Origin: Psammoneis japonica
Taxonomy: Eukaryota
Reading direction: 5' to 3'
Length of the DNA stretch: 64,000 nucleotides
Assembly (NCBI GenBank): GCA_008632985.1
Contig: QPGO01000005.1
Location: forward strand, 1,013,607-1,077,606
This document shows, one piece after another, positions 32,471 through 43,279 of this stretch. A model generated the notes under the pieces. It worked only from the letters and a program-made list of their open reading frames with translations. It was not told where the DNA came from and made no database searches. Numbering within the stretch: the first letter of the stretch is position 1; every line of letters starts with the position of its first letter. The position numbers and the translations under genes were made by a program.

Positions 32471-32807
32471 TGTTGCAATCCCAGAAACATCTTGCCCGCA
32501 AGTACAACCCGACATGATGTTCGCCGTCGCCCTCGTCATCTTTTGGCTCACCGCACTCCCAAATAATGGGAGGTGCATGATGCACGGCATGCATGGTCTC
32601 GCCGGTCCGCATCTTTCTATACCAAAAATATAAGTGCCGAATAAATTGAATGATGCGGATCTTATGACGTGTCTTGCGAAGGTTGGATGCGTCGAAGATG
32701 TCACAGATCGACTCCTGGTCCATGGCGGATGGCGGCGGCGACTTCATCGTTTACAGTATCACGCTGATCGTCTATTGATTGGCATAGAAGTCTTCTAGCT
32801 GGTAAAG

Positions 32808-35800
32808 ATGCGATTCATAAGTTTAGCTAGTGTGGCATGGGTTGCTACTCCTGTCGCTGTGGCGTTTATGATGCCGCAGCACGCCCGCAGCAATGCCAAA
32901 AACATCGTCGCCTCTCGAAGTCACGCTCTCTACATGGCAGACAAGAAGAGCCGCCGCGAGCTAAATATTGAACAGCTCCAGCTTGAAATTGACAAATCAC
33001 TCGCAGAACGGGAAGAGCTTCGCCAGCAGCTGGAGCAAGACATTCGTGAGTTTCAGGATCAGTACCTACGCGAGAAGAAGCGGATTGAAAATGTGGATGC
33101 AAGCATCGTTGACAAAACGAAGCGCCTCCAGAACATACAAGCCGGTGGGGGAGGCTTGTTGGAAAGCCTCGAAGGTATTGGTGATTTGGAAACTTTGGCT
33201 CCAGTGGCTGCTGCTCCCGTTGCGCTCGCTGCGGTTGTTGCGGGACGGACGGTTTTGGTGCGGAGGCGTGAAAAAGCAAGACAGCAAGAGATTGCACGTG
33301 CAAGAGAACGGCAACGGCTTCTCGAGGAGGCACAAGAAAAAGAGAGGCTAGAGGCTGAAGCCAAGAAGAAACAGCTCACCAGATCGCGATTCTTAAAAGC
33401 CGTGGTAAGTAGTTTCAGTGGGTATGACTCTTGTTCAACCAGTCGCTTCCACGGTTGCTTAACCGATTTCTTCCCTTTCGCTCTATCCATTCAGCCGGTA
33501 GTTTCGGGTATCCTTGGGCTAGGATATCTCGCCTCAACATTTACTGGAGGGATTGATATTGACAGTATTCCGTTTGGTACTAGTACTCCTCAGGAAAAGG
33601 TAGTATTGCCGGAGACACCGATGCCTGAGACCACCTTGCTGGGTAGTGAAAAGACGGCGCCTACTGACGAATCCACAGCATTTCCAGACATCGGGATCGA
33701 CACGCAAGAAAAAGAAGAAGAAAGTTTAGATGTTCTGGACAAGCCTGATGGTGATTCGGATGAAAAAATAGAGATCTCGGGGACTGTCTCTAAAGCTCTC
33801 GAGAACGTGAAAATTCCAACTGATACGTCGGGTGTCCAAGATGCCGTTTCCGGCGCACTGAGTAGCATGAAAGAGTTACAAATGCCAGATGTCGGCGACT
33901 CCATAGTGGATACTTTGGAGGAAGTCCCCACACCTGTACTCATTGCTGTAGGCGCTTCAGCCACGCTGGCGGCTATCGCTTCTGCTGTTTTTAGTCTCAC
34001 TAAGGATGACTCGGATTCGACCAAGTCGAAACCTAAGCGCGCTTCTCCTCAATCGCTCGATAAAACGGCATTTGATGCCAGACCAACCACGGAGTCGACA
34101 AAGGCACCAAAATCCAGCGCTCCAAAAGTCAAGACGTCGCTTGGTGTTCCGCCGCCAGCAGCATCACCGCCCAAGAGCTCGACTACGGCTAAGGATGGGG
34201 CAACAGCAAGCAATCGGAAGCTTCCTTCTTTGTCGGCCAAGAAGCTCGAACCACCGAAAGTGGACACTGACGAGCCAGAGCCATCTAAGGCTACGCCCAA
34301 GACCGAAGTCGTGAAGTCCTCTCCGTCGGCAGCCTCTGGCAAGCAACAAGAAAGTGGCAAATCGCAATCTAAGACTGGACCTTCCGATGCTAAAGTGACC
34401 AATCCGGATGCTCCTACCCACGATCCTTCCGAATCTACTGGCTCTGGCGCAGCAACTACACCGACAGCGGCGAAGGCCGATATAAACAAAATAAAGTCTA
34501 CGACTGCATCTCCCGCGGTTGCTTCGCGGCAAAAGGGAAGCACAGAACCTGCTGCCCCAGAAAAAGAAAAGGCCGGTGCGGTCGACAAATCGAAATCCTC
34601 CACTGATGCCAGACCAAATACCTCCCCTAAAAAGCCCGAAACAGCCGTACCGGTAAAGCGTACAGCAGAAACGGAAACAACCGCAACGCAGGCGAGTAAT
34701 ACAGACAGAACGACGCAATCAAAAGAGGTGAAGGATGATGGAAAACTGAAAGGTATCAATGCTTCCTATCTTGATTCACTTTCGAAGACAGAACGGGAAC
34801 TCGGTGGCAAGACGTCGCCTCAAGAAGCAGGCGTTGCGACTTCACCACCTACTAAAAGGGCCGAAGCTACACTAAATGGTGCCTCCTTGAAAGATTCAAT
34901 CATCAAAGAAGTGACGTCCACGAATACGCAACTAGAGCCTGCTAAAGCTTCTGAAGCAAAGACAAAGGATGTGGATGCAACCAACCCATCCCAAGCAACT
35001 GAAAAAGAGGCTTCCATTTCGTCGAAACATCCACCTTCGCGTTCTAGTCGCCTGGCACCGCAGAAAGAGCCAGAAGCCAAGACTACCACCCCGAAATCAG
35101 TTGGCAAGCAGTCATCTAAGAGTTCTCCCAAGAATGTCCCTGGGCAGAAAGAAGAGGCCACGCTGTCAAAGGCTGTTTCATCAACAAAAGCGGACTATGA
35201 TAAAGAGGGGAAAGCCACGGAAAAGAGTATGGTAAGCCCCACTTCTGTATCGACCGCAAAAGAAATGACAAAGCCAGATATTCCCAAAGCAACAAATACA
35301 GTAGCTGCTGAGGCAATGAAACCCCCGGCTTCTCGGTCTGACCCGACGACTCAACCACAGAATAAGGAATACGAAACCACGACAGTCCCTCAGGAGTCAG
35401 ACGACGAACGAGAGACATCTTCCGAGACAGCTAGAATGTCATCTCGAATCCCTCCATCTCAACGTGCTTCTCCAAAGGGCTTTGGTTCGTCGGCTACTTT
35501 ATCCAAGACAGACGCTGGCGCGAAAGAAGGAAAGTCGAAAACAAAGGCGGCAGATGAAAAATATCCGTCAGCTTCAAGAAGAGACACCCTGTCAACAGCA
35601 TCAACGGAAGTCCTCAAGAAATCGAGTATAGCCGTAGAGAGCCGATCTAACGAAATCGAGAAAACGCCATCCAGCACAACGTCGAGTGCACCACCCCCCT
35701 CTTTGAAATCTAAAGCGACGAAACCTGATCTTCGTACGAGTGAAGTAACAAGTGAGGAAAAAGCCGTGACTTCCGCCAAGAAGTTGGACGCTGAGCAGAC

Positions 35801-38192
35801 GACAGCTTCTGAGACAGCTAGAATATCGTCTCGAATTCCTCCATCTCAACTTACTTCTCCACAGGGCTTTGGTTCATCCGCGTCTTCTTCAAAGACGGAG
35901 GCTAAAGCGAAAGAGGGGAGCTCACAAACAAAGGTGGCAGATGTGAGATCTACGTCAGCTTTGGGAAAAGACACGAAATCAATAAACGAAGCCGTCGCTA
36001 AATCGGGCGTAGTTGGAGAGAGCCAATCTAAAGTTAACCAATTGCCGCCCAGCTCAACGATAGGTGTGCCATCCGCCACCTTTGAAGCAAAAACGACGAA
36101 ACCTGATATTGGCAAATTAACAAGCGAGGAAGAAGCCACGACTTCCACTCAGCAGTCGGACGCTGAGCAGACGACAGCTTCTGAGACAGCTAGAATATCG
36201 TCTCGAATTCCTCCATCTCAACTTACTTCTCCACGGGGCTTTGGTTCACCCACGTCTTCTTCCAAGACGGAGTTTAAAGTGAAAGAGGCGAGCACACAAA
36301 CAACGGTGGCAGATGGGAAATCTCCATCAGCTTCGGGAAAAGACACGAAATCAAATGAAGCCGTCGCTAAATCGGGCGTAGTTGGAGAGAGCCAATCAAA
36401 AGTTAACCAATCGCCGTCCAGCTCAACGATAGGTGTGCCATCCGCCACCTCTGATGTTCGCAAAGTAACAAGCGAGGAAGAAGCCACGACTTCCACTCAG
36501 CAGTCTGACGCTGAGCAGACGGCACCTTCCGAGACAGCTAGAATATCGTCTCGAATTCCTCCATCTCAACTTACTTCTCCACGGGGCTTTGGTTCACCCA
36601 CGTCTTCTTCCAAGACAAAGTCTAAAATGAAAAGTGCGAGCACACAAACACCGGTGGCAGATGGGAGTTCTCCGTCACCTTCGGGAAAAGACACGAAGTC
36701 AAATGAAGCGGTCGCTAAATCGGGCGTCGCTGGAGAAAGCCCATCCAAAACTGACCAATCGCCGTCCAGCACAATGCTAGGTGTGCCTCCCGCCGCCTCT
36801 AAATCAAAAAAGACGAAACCCGATCTTCGCAAAGTAACAAGTAAGGAAGAAGCTGCGACTTCCACCAAGAATTCGGACAATGAGCAGGCGATATCTTCCG
36901 AGACAGCTAGAGTATCATCTCGAATTCCTCTATCTCAGCGTACTTCTCCGCAGGGCTTTGGTCAACGAGCTCCTTTCTCTGAGCCAGGCGCTAAAGCGAT
37001 AGAAGAGAGGTCGCAAAGGAAGTCGGCGGATGAAAGATCTTCGTCTGCTTCACGAAAGCCCATTTTGACAACATCGTCAAAGCAAGGCGCGACTAGATCG
37101 GGCGTTGCCGCGAAGAGCCAATCCAAAGTGGACACATCGTCGCCCAGCACAACTCTGGGTGTGCCACGCCTCACTTCTAAAGCGAAGAAAAAACCGACGA
37201 AACCTGATTTTCCGACAGCATCAAGCGCGGGAATTGATGACACATTAAAAGCCCCTGCTTCTCAGTCTGCCGCTTCGACGCCGGAGAAAGAGCAGGACGC
37301 CAAGCCTGCCGCCCAGAAGTTAGGCGACGATTCGACGACACCTTCCGTGACTGCTAGAATGTCATCTCGAATTCCTCCTTCTCAACGTGCTCCGTCACAG
37401 GGCTTTGGCACGCCCGCTCCTTCTTCCAAGACTAATATTAAATGGAAAGTGGAGATCGCTGAAACAAAGTTGGTAGATGAAAAATCTCCACCACCTTCAG
37501 ACAAAGATGCAGTCAAAGAGAGCCAGTCAAAAGTGAAGGAGTCGACACTCAGTCAAACACTAGATAGCCCACCCCCCGGATCGACGTCGACAAAAGGAAC
37601 AGTTCAACCCAGTATCGCCAAAGGAACAGTGAGTCCTGAAGCCGTGGAGACATCAAACGACTCGGCGTCTCGAAGCAGCCCGCCGACGCCGCAGAAAGAC
37701 ACGATGAAGTCAGTTGGCGATCCGACGCAACCGTCCCAGACTGCAAGACCGTCGTCTCGAATCCCTCCCTCGAGACGCACAGCGCCACAAGGCTTTGGTA
37801 AGCCTGTCTCGTCATTCAAGATTAAGGATAAGGCTGTACCAATGAACAAGGCAGCAAGGGAACTCAGCAACTCTCCCATTTCCAACATCGAAGGTACAGA
37901 TTTGCCCGCTTCGAAGAACAGAGAGGCCGGCACAACGGATGAAGGCAAAGACTCCGCAAAGGCTGACATCGCTCAGGGTGGTAATTCATCGGACGCATCA
38001 ACAAGGCCCGTAACTGAGAAGCCAGATAACTCCCAAATACCGCCTTACATGCGTCCGGACTTTGGAAAACGTCGTCCTCCTTTGAAGAAGGACAGACTCG
38101 GAAACCGTGAAGATGTACGTGCCAACGATGACGAGAATACAAGTACGGACTCTGGGCCGACAGACGATTCCAGCAAACGCTTTGGGTTTTAA
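32808..38192 (+). CDS. Large predicted plastid-targeted protein with coiled coil, hydrophobic segments and a disordered S/T/K/P-rich repeat tail
   Basis: Signal peptide ending AVA-FMMP; probable in-frame 90-nt intron 33405-33494; seven TAR.SSRIP.S....P/S.GFG repeats. Confidence 0.8.
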   Translation: MRFISLASVAWVATPVAVAFMMPQHARSNAKNIVASRSHALYMADKKSRRELNIEQLQLEIDKSLAEREELRQQLEQDIREFQDQYLREKKRIENVDASIVDKTKRLQNIQAGGGGLLESLEGIGDLETLAPVAAAPVALAAVVAGRTVLVRRREKARQQEIARARERQRLLEEAQEKERLEAEAKKKQLTRSRFLKAVVSSFSGYDSCSTSRFHGCLTDFFPFALSIQPVVSGILGLGYLASTFTGGIDIDSIPFGTSTPQEKVVLPETPMPETTLLGSEKTAPTDESTAFPDIGIDTQEKEEESLDVLDKPDGDSDEKIEISGTVSKALENVKIPTDTSGVQDAVSGALSSMKELQMPDVGDSIVDTLEEVPTPVLIAVGASATLAAIASAVFSLTKDDSDSTKSKPKRASPQSLDKTAFDARPTTESTKAPKSSAPKVKTSLGVPPPAASPPKSSTTAKDGATASNRKLPSLSAKKLEPPKVDTDEPEPSKATPKTEVVKSSPSAASGKQQESGKSQSKTGPSDAKVTNPDAPTHDPSESTGSGAATTPTAAKADINKIKSTTASPAVASRQKGSTEPAAPEKEKAGAVDKSKSSTDARPNTSPKKPETAVPVKRTAETETTATQASNTDRTTQSKEVKDDGKLKGINASYLDSLSKTERELGGKTSPQEAGVATSPPTKRAEATLNGASLKDSIIKEVTSTNTQLEPAKASEAKTKDVDATNPSQATEKEASISSKHPPSRSSRLAPQKEPEAKTTTPKSVGKQSSKSSPKNVPGQKEEATLSKAVSSTKADYDKEGKATEKSMVSPTSVSTAKEMTKPDIPKATNTVAAEAMKPPASRSDPTTQPQNKEYETTTVPQESDDERETSSETARMSSRIPPSQRASPKGFGSSATLSKTDAGAKEGKSKTKAADEKYPSASRRDTLSTASTEVLKKSSIAVESRSNEIEKTPSSTTSSAPPPSLKSKATKPDLRTSEVTSEEKAVTSAKKLDAEQTTASETARISSRIPPSQLTSPQGFGSSASSSKTEAKAKEGSSQTKVADVRSTSALGKDTKSINEAVAKSGVVGESQSKVNQLPPSSTIGVPSATFEAKTTKPDIGKLTSEEEATTSTQQSDAEQTTASETARISSRIPPSQLTSPRGFGSPTSSSKTEFKVKEASTQTTVADGKSPSASGKDTKSNEAVAKSGVVGESQSKVNQSPSSSTIGVPSATSDVRKVTSEEEATTSTQQSDAEQTAPSETARISSRIPPSQLTSPRGFGSPTSSSKTKSKMKSASTQTPVADGSSPSPSGKDTKSNEAVAKSGVAGESPSKTDQSPSSTMLGVPPAASKSKKTKPDLRKVTSKEEAATSTKNSDNEQAISSETARVSSRIPLSQRTSPQGFGQRAPFSEPGAKAIEERSQRKSADERSSSASRKPILTTSSKQGATRSGVAAKSQSKVDTSSPSTTLGVPRLTSKAKKKPTKPDFPTASSAGIDDTLKAPASQSAASTPEKEQDAKPAAQKLGDDSTTPSVTARMSSRIPPSQRAPSQGFGTPAPSSKTNIKWKVEIAETKLVDEKSPPPSDKDAVKESQSKVKESTLSQTLDSPPPGSTSTKGTVQPSIAKGTVSPEAVETSNDSASRSSPPTPQKDTMKSVGDPTQPSQTARPSSRIPPSRRTAPQGFGKPVSSFKIKDKAVPMNKAARELSNSPISNIEGTDLPASKNREAGTTDEGKDSAKADIAQGGNSSDASTRPVTEKPDNSQIPPYMRPDFGKRRPPLKKDRLGNREDVRANDDENTSTDSGPTDDSSKRFGF

Positions 38193-39007
38193 ATGGGCTG
38201 ATGCTGTTCCAGGCTGTTATGGTTATGCTACTGCTTTTACCTACAGAGCTAATCTTGTGGACGTGCACCCTTTTGTTGTAATGCTTTGGCGGATTTTTGG
38301 ATTCGAATAGAGTCGGATTTGGATTTGAACGACTGTGCCAGCCTTTAAAAGTGTATCTTGCGGATATCAGCAAAAGCGATGAGGACGCAGGAGTTTTTAT
38401 TCCCGACCTGCACAGTAAGCGGCGTGAATGTCTAACCCGTTATAGCTCGTGTCCGTGGTCCACAGTCCACAGTGCACCATTGCTTTTGACAGCATCAAAT
38501 CCAACGTCACTCCGAGACTGAAGGACTATACCGAGTGCTGCTTCGGCTACGGCTTCTTGTTGCTGGTTTTATTGTACCGGTGCTAAATAGTGTTGTTGTA
38601 TCCGCGTGATACCTGGTTATGTCCCGGATGGATTTTCGACGACTTGATTTTCGGCGGGAAAAGAAGGCGTCACGACTCGAACGACTAAAAATGTCTTTTT
38701 GAATTGGTAGACATTTTTGTGACCCCTATGAGATATCATTGAAAATACTTCATACCTTAATTTTAAATATACATTATTGAGACCTTCGATTCTAAATATT
38801 CTTTTGCGAAACAATTTGAAAAGCCATTGTACAGTTTCGCTGATACTGAAGCGCGAATGTGTCTCCGTCGTTGTTGGAAGCAGGTCTTGCGTTTCGAACG
38901 CGGCGCAAACACTTTCAACTTCTTGTGTCTTTGTTTCTCATGACGATCAACCCATCATTGTGTTGTTGTAGCGAAGTAGCGACGCCCTTTCAACAGCAGA
39001 AGAAGCC

Positions 39008-42000
39008 ATGACTGTCAAAAGCAGAGTCGTCGCTTCCCCCCGTGGTGACATTGTAAACCAGAACGGTAGCAGCAACCGTCGTCATCAGCAATCTCGACCT
39101 CCGCAGAGCGTACAGTATGTTAACACGACCGTGAAGCCGAGCTTTGGAACTGCTCAGAATGCAGACGAGCCGCTATTATCACCGCCACCACGCCATAAGA
39201 GCATGAGACTTCGCAGTGACTCTCTAGATTCGACGAGTGGTGCGTTTGCTCCGCTGCCCGGCTCGATAGTTTCTCCTTCTAAGGAGATGCCGAGTATTTC
39301 TCCCACGAAAAACACCCCCAACAAGAAGCTCGTTTCTCCTGAAAACGTCCCAGCGTCGTCAACGAAACGCAGAAAGAAGAGATCGACGCCCCCAAAGGTT
39401 GTGGATATGACTCCCTCTCCAGAAAAGCTTATTGGAATGGACTTGGGAGACATGGCTTCTCTGGCTATGGCGTCTGTAAGTGAGAATGATTTGATGTTGG
39501 ACAAAAATGCATTTGGAGTCAACCACAAATCATCATCCCCCTTGGTTGATAAGCGGCGTGTTAATCCGCTTGTATCTCAGACTACCAATGCGCATCCGCC
39601 ACGGGCGCCGCCACCGCCGAAATTGGCTGAACGTGAGTCAAGTGGGTTGCTCAGCGAAGGAGATAAGTACTTCAATGATAACTTGGACCCGTTGGGTGGA
39701 TTGCCATCCGAGGTGTCGCCCATGACCTTTATGCAGCAAAAAGCATTGGGCAAGCCCCCTCGAGAAGATTCTCTTCAGTACTCGGATGCCAATATGGATT
39801 CAGCTCTGTCGTCGCTACGGACGATTCAGAGTACCGGGATGCCTCCAATGCCAGGACCGATGCCTACTACTTCAATGAGTCGGGAAGTCTCTCTGTTTGG
39901 AACCAAGTTTCTGGAGGATTTGGAGTTGCCCAAGAGTGGCTATGGTGCTATCCAGACTGCTCCTGTTGACCGAAAGCAACAGCAACAAGCTGATATTGCA
40001 CGCTTCTCCTCCATGGTGCTTCAAGAATCAACCGATATCACCGCCAACCCTACACCACCAGTTGTGACCCCACCCACGCCACAATCGGTTCAAAATATTG
40101 GCTCAATTATGCCGTCGATTAAGGATTTGTCATATGATTCATCTACTAATGACAACAAGGACGAGTCATGGGAGCTGTCGGAGGTGGAGGATACGGTACA
40201 CGAAGACGATGAGGCAAGTGACGAAGGCAATTTTTGGTCCCTGATTTGTTGGAGTCGCATCAAAAAATTTCTTGACCCGCTTCCATGGGTAGAGGCAGTT
40301 CCTGTGACAAACGAGGAAGGGGCTATGTATTACGTCGAACCAACCAGCCTTGCGAGTCGTATGGCGAGATACTTCCTCTTTACCCCCGAAGACCCCGAGT
40401 TCACGTCGCTGCAGCAATTCGTGTGGGCATTGATTTTAGGAATCGTTATGGGGGTCTACACGGCCTTGTGGAAGAATATCATTGAATTTTGTGTGGAGTT
40501 CATGTGGAAGACTGTTCCGGAGCGACTGTACATGATGGGATTCTTTACCGACTTGGATGGGCGTTTCCCTCTTCCGCACTACGTTTGGCTTTGCCCATCT
40601 ATCCTTGGCGGGGTAAGTCTTGTTTTGCATTGGCGGGTTGTTATTTTGTCCGTTCAAATTGATCCATCTTATATTCTACTCTCTTGCTGGTATCACGTTG
40701 CAGATTCTGTCGTACATCTTTGTCATTTTACCGAAGCCTATTCCGGGGCAAAACGAATGGATCAAATCACTGCATTCAAGGGGAGTTCAGGACTCGGATA
40801 CCTTTGTCAATCTCTTTGTTTTGTCGACTGCCGGAATGGCGTCCGGACTATCATTGGGTCCCGAGCTTCCCCTTATTTTAACTGGTGGCATGATTGGTTC
40901 CTACTTGGGTGTCGTGACGCGACAGTCAATCTTGTCTGCAAGAGCCATGAACTTGACGTCCGCATCGGCAGCAGTAGCTGGCTTTTTCGGATTTCCCATG
41001 GCGGGAGCACTCTTTGTGCTGGAAGTACCCCATCGAATGGGCTTGCAGTACTTTGAAGCGCTATCACCCGCCACTATTGCGTCTATTGTCGCTGTTCTGG
41101 TGAACCGCATGATTCTGCAGAATGATGTCACTGGCTACTACAACTACCCATTTCTTGCCACAGCGTTGCCCAGCCATATCTTTTACATTGCCATTGTGTA
41201 TGGCCTCGTTGGTGCTATTGTTGGAGTGATTTACTGCGATGCCGTCAAGAAACTCAAAGTCATGGTGCATGATTGGTTTCATATCACACATGACGACGAG
41301 ATCGAGCAGGAGGAGGACGAGGAGGAAAACAAAAAGGTCGATATTGTCGGAGACGTTGAGAATGGAAACGCTGGGCTCGATGATGACTCCTTTCATAAGA
41401 CGAATGAAGCTAACGACGAAGGCACGCCCTTGATGCGTTCGAACTCGATTACTACTCAAAAGGCCGGGAACAAGAGCTTGAGTCTCTCGGAAAGGATGTG
41501 GAAAACGTCCAGCAGACTATTACGAATGTGTGGCATTGGACATGAACCAACTCGAGCTGCCGTAGCTGGGACACTGGCCGGTTTCTTCACTGGTGTTACG
41601 AGTATGTTTGTCCCGCATGTCCTCTTTTGGGGAGAAGCCCAGCTTCAGACCCTCATCGACAAGGGCAGAACACCGCTTCCCGTGTTTGGAGAAGAAGGGG
41701 AACCAACCGCTGACCTCATTGCCTTTGGCTATTGTTTGATTGATTCCCAAGATGCTGCTGCGATTGAGGCAGGTTTCAGCGTCGGCTGTGCGGCTTTGAT
41801 TTCAGTTGCAAAAATCATCGTTGTCGGCCTTAGCTTGGGTACTGGCATTGTTGGAGGACACTTTTGGGGGCCACTCTTTGTCGGATGTGCGGCTAGCCAC
41901 CTCTTTACAGATGTTGTCAGAATGTTGTCGCATTGGACTGGCTTGGGCATGCGTCTTGCAGATTTTCCCTGTGTCGCGATCCTTTGCATCATGGGAAGCA

Positions 42001-43097
42001 GCCATGTAGTGACATTTCGTGCGCACATGGCCATTATGCTTATATTGACCTTGACCATTAGCGCCTTTTACCCCGATCAGAATATCAACGGTGTAACGGC
42101 GGGAGACTACTCTGCTGTTTTTCCTTTGTTGGTGGTGTCGTGTTTTGTTTCTGTTATGGCTACGCGAGGTGCTGTCTTTTACAAGGAGCAGCGTTGCCGG
42201 GGTGACATTATGGCTGCCCCCGAAGTATTGTGTGAGCCTGGTAAAGAGGGCACGCCAATGGTGGTGGGTTACGGTGAATCCGTTGGCAGTGAGCAATCGG
42301 GAGACAACGACGAAGCTTTTAGCTATTATTCATCATCGCAGGACGAGAACAATCCTTCCTCACTCGTACGACCGTTAGATACACGACCCGGTGATTCGAT
42401 GCAGAGTTCTCCAGAACAGAAAGGAAGAGATCACCCGCTTACTCAAGATGACATTGAACGGGCATTTGCAAAAACGCAGGAGGAAGAGTTGGCCGCATCT
42501 AGGCAACGCTTGGAAGAAAGTAAAGAGCGCCGTCCTTCAAACGACATTCATTTGGACAGTTCGGATACGGAAGATCGAAAACTGCCGTCGCAACGCGAGA
42601 GTAGCGCAGATTTCGGCGAGGATGGGGACAAGCTTTCGGAGATCCTTTCGCGACCATTGGACAAACCCAAGAACAAGTCTATTGGTCGGCATCGTCGCGT
42701 CCGGTCGACCACAGACATTGATCCTTCTCTACCAGCACCGGTGTTCAAGGTACCGGGACACCGCCGCAGTGGAAGTATGAGCAGTACCGGCCGCCGCTCT
42801 CGTAGCAACTCCATGAGTAGCCGAAAGAGTGGTTCAGAAGAGCGATTGACTCGTGTTTCTAGTTTTGGTGAATTGAAGGAGTTTCATCCTTCTTTGTTCG
42901 ACGGAGCACGCCAACGAGCTGCATCTGTCAATCGCCCACCATCTCTTCCGAAAACGGGTCGGCATAGTCGAAAGAATTCAGAGTCCTCGACCTTTAGTGA
43001 TGTCGGAAGTATCTCTGGTGTGGCGTTGAGCAACGACGACATTGAGCGGTCCTCCATGGGACCTAGTAGTAGTCGGCGTGCACAAGACGCTGCGTGA
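39008..43097 (+). CDS. CLC-family chloride channel/transporter with long disordered termini, 2 exons
   Basis: GLSLGPELP (GxExP), AGFFGFPMAGALFVLE, GGHFWGPLFVG; intron 40613-40703 joins the two ORFs in frame. Confidence 0.85.
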
Positions 43098-43279
43098 CTA
43101 CATTAGACTATTTATAGTTTGGCGTATCGCGAGCGTTGACTGCTATCACATAACGTTATCTCTAAATTTGCTTTCTCGTGCGTGTTTATTCTCTAACTAG
43201 TCCCAGGAGGCTCGCAAATTTCGCATCTTTCTTTTCTACTCTCTAGAGAGCATGTAGCTAGCTGCTTCAAAATTGAGAT

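Noticed and set aside
29360..32745. Possible terminal inverted repeats (GCCACCGCCGCCCATCGCC vs GGCGGATGGCGGCGGCGAC)
   Set aside because: Short, low-complexity, imperfect match with no TSD found.
35420..37800. CRISPR-like regularly spaced repeats
   Set aside because: In-frame protein repeats with related spacers in a eukaryotic gene; no cas genes.
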